Shown here piece by piece: positions 62,983 through 64,000 of a DNA stretch of 64,000 bases. A program made the position numbers and the translations under genes. Location: assembly GCA_965644295.1 (NCBI GenBank), contig CBFFRP010000129.1, forward strand, positions 42,598 through 106,597, read 5' to 3'. The DNA comes from Paraphysomonas bandaiensis. Its lineage: Eukaryota; Protista; Chrysophyceae. Under the pieces are notes generated by a model that had not been told where the DNA came from, made no database searches, and saw only the letters and a program-made list of their open reading frames with translations. Position 1 is the stretch's first letter. Each line of letters starts with the position of its first letter.

Positions 62983-64000
62983 TTGAATGAATATCAGCCT
63001 GGTGATTTAGTTTTGTTGCGGCTGGATCCAACTCAGCATAAGCCCAATAAATTATACCCTCGTTTCAAAGGTCCTTACGAAGTGGTTTCCACGTATAAGG
63101 CTGATGTCACATGCATTCATGTTGTGATGCGTTTTGAAGTTGTGCTGCACATGTCATGGCTCAAACCGTTCTTTGGTACGCCTGAGCAGGCATATCGTGT
63201 TGCGCAAATTGATTTTAACCAGTATACTGTGGTTGCTGTGATTGCATACCGAGGAGATCCGGAGGTTCGTTCTCGAATGGAATTCCAAGTTCAGTTTGAG
63301 GATGGTTCGTTATTATGGCTTCCATGGTCACAGGATATCGTTTCCACCTCGCAATTTCAGTCGTTCTGTGAGCAGAAACCTCAATTGTTCCCTCTGTTGT
63401 TTTCTGCTGCTATGGCAAAATCTGAACGTGCACGTTTGAAACGTATTCCTATTGAAGGGGTGTCACCTGGTCAAACAATTTATGTAGATTTGCGTGCATG
63501 GGGTTCAGATTTCTATGATGAACTTAATCTGCCGAATTGTTATACAACGATGTATGTTGTCGAATGTTCTTATGTGCGGTGGGCTGGCCGTCGCCAGTTA
63601 CGTATAGACCTCTATTGCCCTTTGTTCCAATCTACATATGAATGGAGTGCCTATGACGTTCACTGCTATGGTCGAGTCACGGAATTTGATCCTTCTACTA
63701 TGGTATTGGTGGATGCTGCATTCTGCCAACAATATCCTAATATTCTCCTCTAATTGTTGATTACTTTTATTTATTTAATATTTATTTCATGATTATATCA
63801 CATATATATTATAACATTCATACTATTATTCATACTTTTATTATCATAATATTGCTCTACGTATGTTTATTACTTTTATTTCATGAATTGGATTTTTATT
63901 TGCTAATGCTTGGAATGACGCTATATTGGCTGACACAAGGTTACTTCTATCTATCCCAGATATGTATTCCTAGCTTTCTTTTCTCTAGCTGGAGGGAGAA
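62983..64000 (+). mobile_element. 3' fragment of a chromodomain-bearing Ty3/Gypsy pol (integrase GPY/F + chromodomain), 3' UTR and PPT
   Basis: 'YQPGDLVLL...KLYPRFKGPYEV', chromodomain-like 'YTVVAVIAYRG...EFQVQFEDGSLLWLPW'; the window ends in the purine tract ggagggagaa. Confidence 0.82.

Overview
Eukaryotic genomic DNA with short GT-AG introns (44-127 bp where traced). It is probably a stramenopile or similar protist; the taxon is an inference. There are 18 protein genes and 2 tRNAs. All 18 genes form nine strict head-to-head pairs (ENT/MTA nucleosidase, eIF3g/IQ-like, unknown/Lys-rich, H1-FKBP/GFA, soluble adenylyl cyclase/IQANK-like, ABCG/NMO, TMEM230/Tubby, lipin/eIF4E, SCD/WDR34), with start codons 250-670 bp apart, most of these spacers TACAG/GTATA-rich. 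All mobile DNA lies in the tail-to-tail gaps. The main finding is a non-LTR retroelement system with two parts: 5'-truncated LINE copies (RNase H plus CCHC, Ingi/L1Tc-like architecture) and about 7 short non-autonomous copies. The short copies share the LINE 3' GNRA stem-loop tail and begin with an ~86-nt HDV-like ribozyme fold resembling the trypanosome L1Tc Pr77 ribozyme, with TSDs and one twin-priming-type inversion. Also present: a decayed Gypsy-like LTR element with near-identical LTRs and a 66/63-bp dimeric tandem array, a chromodomain-integrase fragment, and several unusual protein architectures (H1-FKBP fusion, lipin with DIEGA instead of DIDGT, WDR34 with S4-like and Tudor-like inserts). 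All calls were made by eye with no database searches.
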